DNA from: Thermodesulfobacteriota bacterium
GTDB taxonomy: Bacteria > Desulfobacterota > Binatia > Bin18
NCBI GenBank assembly: GCA_964291405.2
Contig: OZ219926.1
Coordinates: 2,336,001-2,400,000 of the forward strand
Direction of reading: 5' to 3'
DNA length: 64,000 bases
In this document: in pieces, positions 9,606 to 18,843 of the stretch
Layout: every line of letters starts with the position of its first letter
Position numbering within the stretch: position 1 is the stretch's first letter
Translations under genes and position numbers: made by a program
The notes under the pieces: model-generated
What the model was told of the DNA's origin: nothing
Database searches by the model: none
The model's input: only the letters and a program-made list of their open reading frames with translations

Positions 9606-10205
9606 ATGACGACGCTGACCCCCGCTCTGGCTCGTCTAGTCCAAGAGTTGGGAAGACTGCCGGGGATTGGAGAGAAAACTGCGACGCGCCTGGCCATGTT
9701 CATCCTGGGCGCGGGGCGGGACTATGTCGAAAGCCTGGCCGAGGCCATCTGGGCGGTGAAGACCGAGACCACCCTGTGCCAGGAATGCTTTGGGCTAGCC
9801 GAGGGCGACCGGTGCGCCATTTGTAACGATCCGCAGCGGAATACCGAGTCGATCTGCATCGTCGAGGAACCGGCCGACCTGATGGCCGTTGAACGCTCGC
9901 ACGAATATACGGGTCGCTATCATGTCCTGCACGGCGTGTTAGCCCCGCTTGACGGTATTGGGCCGGACGAACTCAAGATTGCCCCCCTCCTGGACCGTCT
10001 GCGCTCTGGTACGGTGAAGGAGGTCATTATTGCGACCAACCCAAATGTCGAAGGAGAGGCGACCGCATTATATTTGGCCAAGGTCATTAAGCCGCTGGGT
10101 GTCCAGGTGAGTCGGATCGCCCACGGCATTCCGATGGGCGGCGATGTGGAATACACCGACGCGGTCACCCTCGGTCGGGCGATTGAGGGCCGGCGAGAGA
10201 TGTAA
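9606..10205 (+). CDS. recR: Recombination mediator RecR
   Basis: LPGIGEKTA HhH motif, C4 zinc finger, TOPRIM domain (ATNPNVEGEATA). Confidence 0.98.
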   Translation: MTTLTPALARLVQELGRLPGIGEKTATRLAMFILGAGRDYVESLAEAIWAVKTETTLCQECFGLAEGDRCAICNDPQRNTESICIVEEPADLMAVERSHEYTGRYHVLHGVLAPLDGIGPDELKIAPLLDRLRSGTVKEVIIATNPNVEGEATALYLAKVIKPLGVQVSRIAHGIPMGGDVEYTDAVTLGRAIEGRREM

Positions 10206-10267
10206 TCCCACCTTTACTCTTATTTTTTCCTTTGCTACAACTGCGCTGGCAATATTGCCTGGCTCTT

Positions 10268-10321
10268 AAAGAGTAAACGTGCCCGGATCTGTATGCGTAT
10301 TGGAGGACACACTTACTCTTT
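10268..10321. repeat. 54-bp palindromic element, copy 3
   Basis: AAAGAGTAAACGTGCCC...GGACACACTTACTCTTT; ends 3 nt before tRNA-Asn. Confidence 0.88.
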
Positions 10322-10324
10322 TGA

Positions 10325-10400
10325 TCCTCGGTAGCTCAATCGGCAGAGCAATCGGCTGTTAACCGATGGGTTGTTGGTTCGAGTCCAACCCGAGGAGCCA
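10325..10400 (+). tRNA. tRNA-Asn(GTT)
   Basis: TCCTCGG/CCGAGGA acceptor stem, ATCGG-CTGTTAA-CCGAT anticodon arm, encoded CCA. Confidence 0.97.
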
Positions 10401-10439
10401 ACTCTTGACTGTCAAATCTGGCGATTCGTCAGTGAACGT

Positions 10440-10471
10440 AAGACCCCGAGGGCTGATCTCCTCGGGGTCTT
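10440..10471 (+). terminator. Terminator-like hairpin after tRNA-Asn
   Basis: AAGACCCCGAGG/CCTCGGGGTCTT 12-bp stem; weak U tail. Confidence 0.6.
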
Positions 10472-10695
10472 GTCGTATCTATCTCATCACCGAGCGCCGA
10501 CGGACGCGAGGACTTTTCATTCGACCCCCATGCCCCACCACTTCCAGCGCACCCTACGGTAATTGATGTCCGGGTCGTAGGGCGTGACCGGCAGGGCCTG
10601 GGCGGTCAGCGTCCCGACTTTCTGGCGGAGTTCCATGCTGGCGATCACTTCGTTGCGGGTTGCCAGGCGCTACGCCGCCCCGCGCGATCCGCCGC

Positions 10696-11148
10696 TCAGA
10701 CTTCGACGAGCTCGAGAACGATACCGTCCGGATCCCGGAAGCAGCAGAACTTGAAGTCGCCGAAGTCCGGGAAGTGCAGCGTCTGCGGGGGCGAGAGAAA
10801 CGCCACGCCCTTGTCCTTTAGATCGCCGTAGGCCTTGTCGATGTCGCCGACTTTGAGCGCGATGCGCCCGATCCCGTTGTTGCTGCACTCGGGGTAAGAC
10901 CGGCCCGTCATCGCGGGCTCGATCCATTGCTCGACGTCGATGAGCAGCGCATCCTCGTCGTCACCGAGGCGTATGAGCGCCCAGCGCATTCGACCGTTCC
11001 CCTCGTAGCCAAAACCTCTGGCGATGATGGGATCGTCGGTCGTGACCTCGCCGTAGACCACGGAAAAGCCCAGCACATCGCAGTAAAACGCGAGCGTTCT
11101 GTCCAGATCCTCCACCACGATGTTGACGTGAAATATTTGCTGCAGCAT
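10696..11148 (-). CDS. VOC/glyoxalase family protein
   Basis: HVNIVVEDLDRTLAFY..LGF and FRDPDGIVLELVE; AGGAGG SD before MLQQIF. Confidence 0.9.
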   Translation of the reverse strand: MLQQIFHVNIVVEDLDRTLAFYCDVLGFSVVYGEVTTDDPIIARGFGYEGNGRMRWALIRLGDDEDALLIDVEQWIEPAMTGRSYPECSNNGIGRIALKVGDIDKAYGDLKDKGVAFLSPPQTLHFPDFGDFKFCCFRDPDGIVLELVEV

Positions 11149-11260
11149 GGCCTGCCTCCTCTTTCGTTGATAATGACCGCAGCGCGCGCCTACTAGAGCG
11201 CCTATCCGCTCACGGACCAGGCGGCGCGAGCCGGCTTGTTGCCTACGTCTGGAGGAGGGA

Positions 11261-11689
11261 TCAGGTGATCTCGACGAGTTGCAGATCAAACGTCAGGTCT
11301 TTGCCCGCCAGAGGATGGTTGGCATCGAGCGTGACGGTCGAGTCGGACAGCCCAAGGACTGAGACTGCTATCGATTGTCCATTTTTCTGGTTGATTTGGA
11401 GGCGCTGGCCAACTTTCAGTTCAACGCTCTTCGGAAATTGACTGCGCTGGACCTGAGTGGTCATTTCGTCCCGGTGCGGGCCGTAGGCCTCCGCAGCCGG
11501 AACGAGGACTGTTTTTGATTCCTGAGGACGCATCCCAATGACGGCCTGCTCAACCCCGTGGAGCACCTGGCCTTTGCCAATGGTAAATTGCAAGGTCTCA
11601 CGCTCCACGGAGGAGTCGAAGACTGACCCATCGTCGAGTCTGCCGGTATACTGAACGCGGACGGTATCACCGTCCTTTGCCCTAATCAT
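11261..11689 (-). other. FKBP-type peptidyl-prolyl isomerase (SlyD/SlpA-like, no His tail)
   Basis: YTGRLDDGSVFDSS and DANHPLAGKDLTF; SD GGAGGAG before MIRAK. Confidence 0.93.
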
Positions 11690-11726
11690 GGGACTCCTCC
11701 TGAGAAGCCAAGCGCCGTTTTCCTCT

Positions 11727-11780
11727 AAAGAGGAACTGTGTCCTCCAAAAACATGCAGATGCTGGACACGTTTACTCTTT
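11727..11780. repeat. 54-bp palindromic element, copy 4
   Basis: AAAGAGGAACTGTGTCC...GGACACGTTTACTCTTT; abuts the stop codon of the RRM gene. Confidence 0.9.
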
Positions 11781-12071
11781 CTACCAATTGCGGTCGCCGC
11801 CATCCCTCCTCGGGCCTCGTGAGCGTTCTCTTTGCGGGCGGGCTTCGTTGACAGTCAGCGGCCGGCCTTGCATTTCATTGCCGTTCAGGCGCTCTATTGC
11901 CGCCTGTGCCTCGTCTTGATTTTCCATTTCGACAAAGCCAAATCCTCGCGATTTTCCAGAGAACCGATCGGTAATGATATTGACCGAGGCCACTGCGCCT
12001 GATTCGCTGAAGAGGGCTTCGAGCTCTTCCTGCGTGGTACTGAAGGGAAGATTACCAACAAAGATTTTCAT
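11781..12071 (-). CDS. RRM-domain RNA-binding protein
   Basis: RNP2 IFVGNL, RNP1 RGFGFVEM, VNEARP. Confidence 0.95.
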   Translation of the reverse strand: MKIFVGNLPFSTTQEELEALFSESGAVASVNIITDRFSGKSRGFGFVEMENQDEAQAAIERLNGNEMQGRPLTVNEARPQRERSRGPRRDGGDRNW

Positions 12072-12217
12072 ACTATATCCTTTCTGGGGGAGGAAGACCT
12101 CCTGAAACGTACAAAGCCCTGAGAACCATATGAGAAGGTCCCCAGGGCTTATGATCGTGCGAACCAGCTCAACTCGACAGGGGAGCAACTGTCTCCACTC
12201 CCTTTCTTCCTGATAGG

Positions 12218-12246
12218 ACTGTATTGCTTTTTCGCGTTGAACGCAA
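12218..12246 (-). promoter_or_regulatory. Putative sigma70 promoter of the RRM gene
   Basis: TTGCGT-17 nt-TACAGT; implies a ~140-nt leader. Confidence 0.5.
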
Positions 12247-12435
12247 CCGTGCAAGCGGCTGCCCGTGTCTCAGGTTATTATAGAGAAACGAACGGCACCG
12301 GTCCGAAGGCTTCGGGCCGACGCTACTTTCTGCGTTCTCCTGCTGCGTTACCGCCCAGGGAGTGCTTCCATCTCTTTGGTAACTCTTTTACAGTGAAGCT
12401 GTATTACTCTGATGTGGAGTGGAGGAGCACATACG

Positions 12436-12795
12436 ATGTTTGTTGTCACGAATCGGATTCCTGTTGCTGAAGGACATGAAGCAGACTTTGAGGATCGGTT
12501 TCGGCACCGAGCCCATCTGATTGATCAGTCTCCAGGGTTTATCAAAAACCTGGTGATGCGACCGGTCCAGCGTCGGTTCAACCACCAGACAGGGGAGTGG
12601 GAAGAGAAAGAAGAGCAGGGGTTTTATCTGGTCCAGACCTATTGGGAGAGCGAGCAGGCGTTTTGGGACTGGACAAAAAGCGAATCCTTCCGTATCGCCC
12701 ATAGCAACCGCCCGCCCGCGGAAATGTTTGCCGGCGCAAATGTGCTGGAAATCCATGAAGTGGTTCTGAATACGGAAGGAAACGATTCGGCGTAA
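12436..12795 (+). CDS. Antibiotic biosynthesis monooxygenase family protein (IsdG/HmoA-like)
   Basis: MFVVTNRIPV..FEDRF..PGF..WESEQAF..W.KSESFRIAH. Confidence 0.88.
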   Translation: MFVVTNRIPVAEGHEADFEDRFRHRAHLIDQSPGFIKNLVMRPVQRRFNHQTGEWEEKEEQGFYLVQTYWESEQAFWDWTKSESFRIAHSNRPPAEMFAGANVLEIHEVVLNTEGNDSA

Positions 12796-12811
12796 CCGGG
12801 GCAGAGGAGGC

Positions 12812-14293
12812 ATGGAGCAGCAACACGAGCAGATAGCCGAGCGCTTTCGGCGCATCATGCCACGCGTCGATTTCTGTTCGTTCCGCATCGTGCGCGAGCG
12901 CTCAGAGTCACTGGCGATCCGTCAGGATGTCTTACAGCCCGTGTCGAACGGCGACGACCTGGGGGCCATGGTGACAGTCATCCATCAGGGTGGCTGCGGC
13001 TATGCCGGGACGAGCGACTTGACTGAGACGGGATTGAGTCGCGCGCTCGAACACGCCGAGGGGTGGGCGCAACGTAGCGCGGAGGGCAGCGTGACGGACT
13101 TCTCTCAGGTGGGCTTTGCCCATCCGCAGGGTGAGTATGAGACGCCGGTAGCTGTCGCTTGGGACACTGTCTCCCTGGCTGATAAAATCGCGCTGCTCCA
13201 GCAGGAGAGCGCCCGTCTGCAGAGGGGGCTTGGGGGGCACTCCCCCCACAAAAAAAAGGACGAGCGGATTGTCGATTGGGAGGCCAGCCTGTGGCATACG
13301 CAGAGCGACACGCTGTATATCACGAATAGTGATTCCCGTATCTATCAGCGGGGCTGCTATACCGTCCCGATGCTGAGCGTCACCGCCAACGCCGGGACAG
13401 AGACACACACGCGGACCTTCGGCGGACGCGGCTATTGCCGCCAGGGGGGGCTGGAAGTCTTGGACCAGACCGGATTTTATGCGGTCGCGCCGCAACTCAG
13501 CGCCGAGGCGGTCCAACTCCTGAGTGCGCCCGATTGTCCGGCCGGACGGATGGACGTTCTTCTCGCCCCGGATCAGATGATGCTTCAGATTCATGAGTCG
13601 ATCGGCCACCCGCTTGAGCTTGATCGCATTCTTGGGGATGAGCGGAACTATGCCGGTACCAGCTTTGTGACGCCGGACATGTTCGGCACCTACCAGTACG
13701 GCTCGGACTTGTTGGATATCACCTTTGATCCCTCCCGACCCGAACAGTATGCCAGCTATCAATTCGACGACGACGGCCAGCCCGCCCGGAAGGAATATCT
13801 GATCAAGAACGGCCGTCTGCTGCGTGGGCTGGGCGGGGCAGTCTCACAGGCGCGGCTGGGCATGCCCGGCGTTGCCAACGCCCGCGCCACTACGTGGAAC
13901 AGGCCGACGATTGACCGCATGGCGAATCTGAATCTGGAACCGGGAGCGTCCGATTTTTCGTCCATGGTCGGCGCTATCGAGCGGGGCGTGTATATGAAGA
14001 CCAACTGTTCCTGGTCCATTGATGATTCACGCAACAAGTTCCAGTTCGGCTGCGAGTGGGGCCAACTGATCGAAGACGGCAGGCTGACAACGGTGGTCAA
14101 AAAACCAAACTATCGAGGGGTATCGGCCACGTTCTGGCGCAGCTTGGCCATGGTCGGCAACTTGGACAGTTATGAGGTGCTCGGCACCCCGTTCTGCGGC
14201 AAGGGCGAGCCCAATCAGGTCATCCGCGTTGGGCATGCCGCCCCGGCCTGCGTGTTCTCTGACGTTGAGGTCTTTGGGGGTGAGAAAGAATAA
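12812..14293 (+). CDS. tldD: TldD metalloprotease subunit
   Basis: HESIGHPLE zinc motif, RMAN, CGKG. Confidence 0.93.
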   Translation: MEQQHEQIAERFRRIMPRVDFCSFRIVRERSESLAIRQDVLQPVSNGDDLGAMVTVIHQGGCGYAGTSDLTETGLSRALEHAEGWAQRSAEGSVTDFSQVGFAHPQGEYETPVAVAWDTVSLADKIALLQQESARLQRGLGGHSPHKKKDERIVDWEASLWHTQSDTLYITNSDSRIYQRGCYTVPMLSVTANAGTETHTRTFGGRGYCRQGGLEVLDQTGFYAVAPQLSAEAVQLLSAPDCPAGRMDVLLAPDQMMLQIHESIGHPLELDRILGDERNYAGTSFVTPDMFGTYQYGSDLLDITFDPSRPEQYASYQFDDDGQPARKEYLIKNGRLLRGLGGAVSQARLGMPGVANARATTWNRPTIDRMANLNLEPGASDFSSMVGAIERGVYMKTNCSWSIDDSRNKFQFGCEWGQLIEDGRLTTVVKKPNYRGVSATFWRSLAMVGNLDSYEVLGTPFCGKGEPNQVIRVGHAAPACVFSDVEVFGGEKE

Positions 14294-14295
14294 AG

Positions 14296-14368
14296 AAGAG
14301 TCAGTTGAGTCACGGCAACCCCAAAGACCCTAAGGATTCTGGGGACCCAAAGAACCCAAAAGACCCAC
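14296..14368. repeat. 9-mer array between tldD and tldE
   Basis: GTTGAGTC followed by AACCCCAAA GACCCTAAG GATTCTGGG GACCCAAAG AACCCAAAA GACCCACGA. Confidence 0.7.
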
Positions 14369-14372
14369 GAAG

Positions 14373-15698
14373 ATGCAGGAGTATTTCTACCAGCTTGCCG
14401 ACTTCATCATCGGCCACCTGACCGGAGAGGAGCACGCGCTGTGCAATTTCGCGGCCGAGGACTCGGACTTCGTCCGCTTCAATCACAGTGCCATCCGTCA
14501 GGCGGGAACGGTGGCGCAACGTTCCATCGCCATTGAACTCATTGTCGGGCAGCGCCACGCAGCCGGGGATATCAGCCTGTGCGGCGACTTTACCGTGGAC
14601 AGTCAGCATGCTCGCGACCTGTTAGACAGCCTGCGTGCCCAGCTTCCCTATCTGCCCGAAGACCCGCATTTGCTGTACGCGACCGAAGTCCAATCGAGCG
14701 AACACCACGGCGAAAACCGACTACCGGAAGAACGCGGGATGATTGTCGACGCCGTCCTGCAAGCCGGACATGGGCGAGACCTGGTTGGCTTTTACGCGGC
14801 CGGCGGCATACACGCGGGATTTGCCAATTCCTTTGGCCAGCGCAACTGGTTCTCTACCTATACCTATAGTGTGGACTGGAGTTTCTATCTTAGTGGAGAC
14901 AAAGCGGTGAAAACGGCGGATGCCGGCTTTGTGTGGAGTCCGAACGTCTTTCAACACAAGGTCGATACCGCAGCCCAGCAACTGGCCACGCTTTCCATGC
15001 CGGCCAAGACCATTACACCGGGCCGCTACCGAGTGTATCTCGCGCCCTCGGCCGTGTGTGAAATTATGGACTTGCTGAATTGGGGTGGATTCGGCCTCAA
15101 GGAACAAGAGACGAAACAAACACCGCTGATCAAGATGACACAGGAGGGAGCGGAGCTACACCCTGCGGTCACGCTTATTGAAAATACGCGTGACGGAGTC
15201 GCTCCGAACTTTCAGGAGGACGGCTTTCGGAAACCGGACCACGTTCGCCTCATCACCCACGGCCGCCGGGGAGACTGTCTGGTGTCGCCCCGGTCTGCCA
15301 AGGAATATGGTGTGGCAACCAATGGGGCATCGAGTTGGGAGGCGGCCGAATCCATTGATATGGCCGCAGGGCAGTTGACTCAGGACACGCTGCTGACGCA
15401 ACTGGATACCGGCATCTATATCAACAATTTGTGGTATCTGAACTATTCGGACCGGGCGGCCTGCCGTATGACCGGTATGACCCGGTTTGCCACCTTCTGG
15501 GTGGAAAATGGCGAAATTCAAGCGCCGCTCAACGTGATGCGGTTTGACGAATCGCTCTACCGCATGCTGGGGACGAACCTGATTGGCATCACCGCCGAGC
15601 GTGACTATCTGCTCGATCCCAACACCTATCATGCCCGCTCAACAGGCAGCAGCCGGTTGCCGGGACTCTTGATTGAAGACTTCACCCTGACCTTGTAG
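14373..15698 (+). CDS. TldE/PmbA family protein
   Basis: Follows tldD; PGRYRVYLAP and TGMTRFA..NVMRFDES; no HEXXH. Confidence 0.88.
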   Translation: MQEYFYQLADFIIGHLTGEEHALCNFAAEDSDFVRFNHSAIRQAGTVAQRSIAIELIVGQRHAAGDISLCGDFTVDSQHARDLLDSLRAQLPYLPEDPHLLYATEVQSSEHHGENRLPEERGMIVDAVLQAGHGRDLVGFYAAGGIHAGFANSFGQRNWFSTYTYSVDWSFYLSGDKAVKTADAGFVWSPNVFQHKVDTAAQQLATLSMPAKTITPGRYRVYLAPSAVCEIMDLLNWGGFGLKEQETKQTPLIKMTQEGAELHPAVTLIENTRDGVAPNFQEDGFRKPDHVRLITHGRRGDCLVSPRSAKEYGVATNGASSWEAAESIDMAAGQLTQDTLLTQLDTGIYINNLWYLNYSDRAACRMTGMTRFATFWVENGEIQAPLNVMRFDESLYRMLGTNLIGITAERDYLLDPNTYHARSTGSSRLPGLLIEDFTLTL

Positions 15699-15733
15699 GG
15701 AACTCGTCCCTCTCGGGGGTATGAAAGGGACTA

Positions 15734-18700
15734 GTGAACCTTCCCCTCCCCGCGCGCGTCACAATCTGTCTGGTTCTGTTCCTGCTGGGAGTATCGCCCG
15801 CCGCGGCACAGGACCAGACCCTCACCGGCTGGTTCAGCTTCACCGTCGCCGATTATCCGACCGAGTCCGGCCTTGCCTCTGAAATCACCTACGAGTTGAC
15901 TGAAGACTCGGGCGAGCGATACGAACTCCTGATTGATATCGAACTCATGCAGCCGCTCGGCGGTCCGGTGACGTTGAACCGCAAGCGGGTGACGGTCATG
16001 GGGGTATGGGAGCACGACCCGCCACAGTTCCGAGTCCGTTCCATTGAGCTGGCTCCGTTACCCTTGACCGACACACCGGGGAGGACCTTCGCCTCCGACT
16101 TATTCCTTGATGAGCCCTCCCCGCCCAGATCGGCCCTCCCGGCCACCCAGACCGATTCTCATGTGCGTGGCTCTCAGGCGTGGGTGACCATCCTGTGTCG
16201 GTTTAGGGATGCGAGAAATATCACTCCGCATCCGGTCGATCATTATGAGCAGATGATGGGGAGGTTCTATCCCGGCCTGGGGCATTATTGGCGGGAGGTC
16301 TCTGACGAGAACCTCCCCGACCTGAATGGCAGTGTAGTGGCGGGCTGGTACAACCTGCCCCGGCCCCGTGCGTATTACGTGTCTGACACAGACGGGGATG
16401 GAGAGGAAGAGGCGAATTTGGAGAGAGCCGCCGAAGACTGTACTGCTGCGGCTGATAGGGACGTCTTTTTTCCAGATTTTGAGCACATCAACTTGGTCTT
16501 TAATCAGGACCTCGATGAGCGGCGCGCCTATGGCGGCACGCGGCGGTTTCGCAAGGATAGGCAGACGCGCTTCTGGGGGATCACCTGGCTGCCGGAGCGG
16601 GCACACGAAAGACAGGAAGTCTGGGCGCACGAGATGGGTCATGCCATGGGCTTACAGCATTCCTCCGGTCCCTATGGCCAGGATGATCCCCAATTTAGTC
16701 TCACTACCTATGACTCTGAGTGGGATGTTATGAGCGGCGGACAATCGCTTGATCCGCATCCTGGCTACGGCTATCTGGGCGTGCATACTATCGCCTACCA
16801 TAAGGACTTTCTGGGCTGGATTCCCCCGGATCGGAAGTATGTGGCCGCGCCCAACAGCACCCGCACCATTACCCTTGAACGGTTAGCCAAACCCGGCGCT
16901 GAGGGCTACCTGATGGCCCAGATTCCCATCGGGGACTCGCCCACCGACTTCTACACCGTCGAGGCACGCCTGTTTGCCGGCTACGATGACGGAATCCCGG
17001 ACGAAGCGATTGTCATCCATAAAGTCGATACCACGTTAGAAGACCGGCTGGCCCAAGTCGTAGACATCGACAACAACGGCGACCCGAACGACGAAGGGGC
17101 AATGTGGACAGTCGGCGAGATTTTTACCGACGTGGAGACCGGCCTCCAGGTCTCCATCGACGCAGCCTATACCACTGGATACCGCGTGACCATCAGCACG
17201 GATCCTGACACTTTCCGCACCTGCATCGATTTTCTGTCTGCCTCCTCTCATATCTTTGGATCGGGGCGAGACGGAGCCAGTGTGCAGGTTGAAGCAACGA
17301 GCGATTGTCGTTGGTCCGCCACAAGCCACGCGGAGTGGCTCCGCATCACGTCTGGAGGTACGGGGAGCGGGGCCGGCAGTGTCCGTTACACGGTTGCGGC
17401 CAATTCCAGCCGCGCTGCCCGGACTGGCAGGTTGACGATTGACGGGTGGACGTTCACGGTGACTCAGGCTGGACGCAACGATCGCTTGTTTGCCGACAAT
17501 ATGGAGAGCGGCATAAACGGCTGGGATAGGAACTTGCCCTGGGCTCTATCCAGGGCTTCTTCACGGAGCGGTGCGTACGCCTGGACGGACAGCCCGAGTG
17601 GCAATTACCGGAATGACCAGAACAGTAGCCTGTTTCTTCCGACTATTGATCTGACCAGACGCAGGAGCGCAACCCTGACCTTCTGGCATCGGTACGACTT
17701 TGGCAATGGCGACATGGGGAACGTCTGGGTACAGGCGAACGGCCGGTGGAGGAACGTGGCGTCTTTCTCCGGCCGGGCCGTGTGGCAACAGGCGGAGATT
17801 GACCTGACTCCCTTTGTCGGACAGCCGATAGAGATCGGTTTCCAGCTATTGTCCGACGCCAGGGTGACTGCGGACGGTTGGACGATCGACGACGTCGCCG
17901 TGTTCTCAACGGATTTCGCCTCCCCAGTGACCCTGGAGAATCCCCGGGCCGCCTCCTTCCAGAGCGGGCTGGGCGTCATATCGGGCTGGGCGTGCCACGC
18001 CAATGAGATTGTCATTGAGTTGGACGGGACGCCACTGAAAGCGGGCTATGGCACCACACGGGAGGATACCCGCAGTGTCTGTGGCGATGCGAACAACGGT
18101 TTCAGTCTGTTGTGGAACTGGAACAACTTAGGACCCGGGGAGCACATGGTTCGCGCGCTGGTTGATGGAGAGGAGTTTGCCAACACAACTGTACGCGTGA
18201 CGACCTTTGGGGAAGAATTCTTACGAGGGGCGAGCGGTCTATTCGACCTGCCCGACTTCCCCACCTCCGACGAGGCCACCGTCGTCCAGTGGGAAGAATC
18301 ACTCCAGAACTTCATCATCACTGACGGACAGCCGAATACCGGCGGAGGATACAACCGGGTGGCGGGCGTGAGCGCCATATTAGAAAACCCGTCGTTGGGG
18401 TCGGCCCAGAGTGGGCTGGGCGTCATCTCGGGCTGGGCGTGTGAGGCCAGTGAGATTGTCATTGAACTGGACGGGATGCCGCTGCAAGCAGGCTATGGAA
18501 CCACACGGGAGGATACCCGCAATGTCTGTGGTGATGCTGACAACGGCTTCAGTCTCTTGTGGAACTGGAACAACCTGGGGCCGGGGACGCATACGGTGCG
18601 GGCGCTGATTGACGGGCAGGAGTTTGCCAATACCACGGTGCGGGTAACGACCTTTGGGGTGCCGTTCCGGCAGGGGTTAAGTGGGACGTTTCCCATTCCG

Positions 18701-18775
18701 GATTTCCCCAGGGCGGGGGAAAACAAAAGTCTACGGTGGGAAGAGTCGCTCCAGAACTTTGTGATTATTCCCTGA
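15734..18775 (+). CDS. Secreted M6-like zinc metalloprotease with BACON-like, adhesin-like and two C-terminal repeat domains
   Basis: Signal peptide; HEMGHAMGLQH and WDVMS Met-turn; W..I.SG..G.G.V.YTV.AN....R (BACON-like); DGWTIDDV; duplicated C-terminal domain. Confidence 0.82.
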   Translation: MNLPLPARVTICLVLFLLGVSPAAAQDQTLTGWFSFTVADYPTESGLASEITYELTEDSGERYELLIDIELMQPLGGPVTLNRKRVTVMGVWEHDPPQFRVRSIELAPLPLTDTPGRTFASDLFLDEPSPPRSALPATQTDSHVRGSQAWVTILCRFRDARNITPHPVDHYEQMMGRFYPGLGHYWREVSDENLPDLNGSVVAGWYNLPRPRAYYVSDTDGDGEEEANLERAAEDCTAAADRDVFFPDFEHINLVFNQDLDERRAYGGTRRFRKDRQTRFWGITWLPERAHERQEVWAHEMGHAMGLQHSSGPYGQDDPQFSLTTYDSEWDVMSGGQSLDPHPGYGYLGVHTIAYHKDFLGWIPPDRKYVAAPNSTRTITLERLAKPGAEGYLMAQIPIGDSPTDFYTVEARLFAGYDDGIPDEAIVIHKVDTTLEDRLAQVVDIDNNGDPNDEGAMWTVGEIFTDVETGLQVSIDAAYTTGYRVTISTDPDTFRTCIDFLSASSHIFGSGRDGASVQVEATSDCRWSATSHAEWLRITSGGTGSGAGSVRYTVAANSSRAARTGRLTIDGWTFTVTQAGRNDRLFADNMESGINGWDRNLPWALSRASSRSGAYAWTDSPSGNYRNDQNSSLFLPTIDLTRRRSATLTFWHRYDFGNGDMGNVWVQANGRWRNVASFSGRAVWQQAEIDLTPFVGQPIEIGFQLLSDARVTADGWTIDDVAVFSTDFASPVTLENPRAASFQSGLGVISGWACHANEIVIELDGTPLKAGYGTTREDTRSVCGDANNGFSLLWNWNNLGPGEHMVRALVDGEEFANTTVRVTTFGEEFLRGASGLFDLPDFPTSDEATVVQWEESLQNFIITDGQPNTGGGYNRVAGVSAILENPSLGSAQSGLGVISGWACEASEIVIELDGMPLQAGYGTTREDTRNVCGDADNGFSLLWNWNNLGPGTHTVRALIDGQEFANTTVRVTTFGVPFRQGLSGTFPIPDFPRAGENKSLRWEESLQNFVIIP
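17933..18772 (+). repeat. Intragenic tandem duplication of a ~130-aa domain (447-nt offset)
   Basis: LENP...SGLGVISGWAC...GFSLLWNWNNLGPG...WEESLQNF occurs at 17933 and again at 18380. Confidence 0.93.
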
Positions 18776-18843
18776 CTACGTGCGCCAACCGCGACGACTT
18801 ATGATACAGACGAGGCCGGAGAGCAGGAGGTTTTACATTAGCC

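Noticed and set aside
11690-11803. ORF-track N-terminal extensions of the FKBP gene (and similarly mgtE and ppk1) through the element
   Set aside because: Family homology begins at downstream ATGs, and the FKBP gene has a strong SD there; I treated these copies as non-coding.
13250-13257. A8 tract in tldD (and T8 in nuoD) as phase-variation sites
   Set aside because: Short tracts, frames intact, encoding Lys runs.
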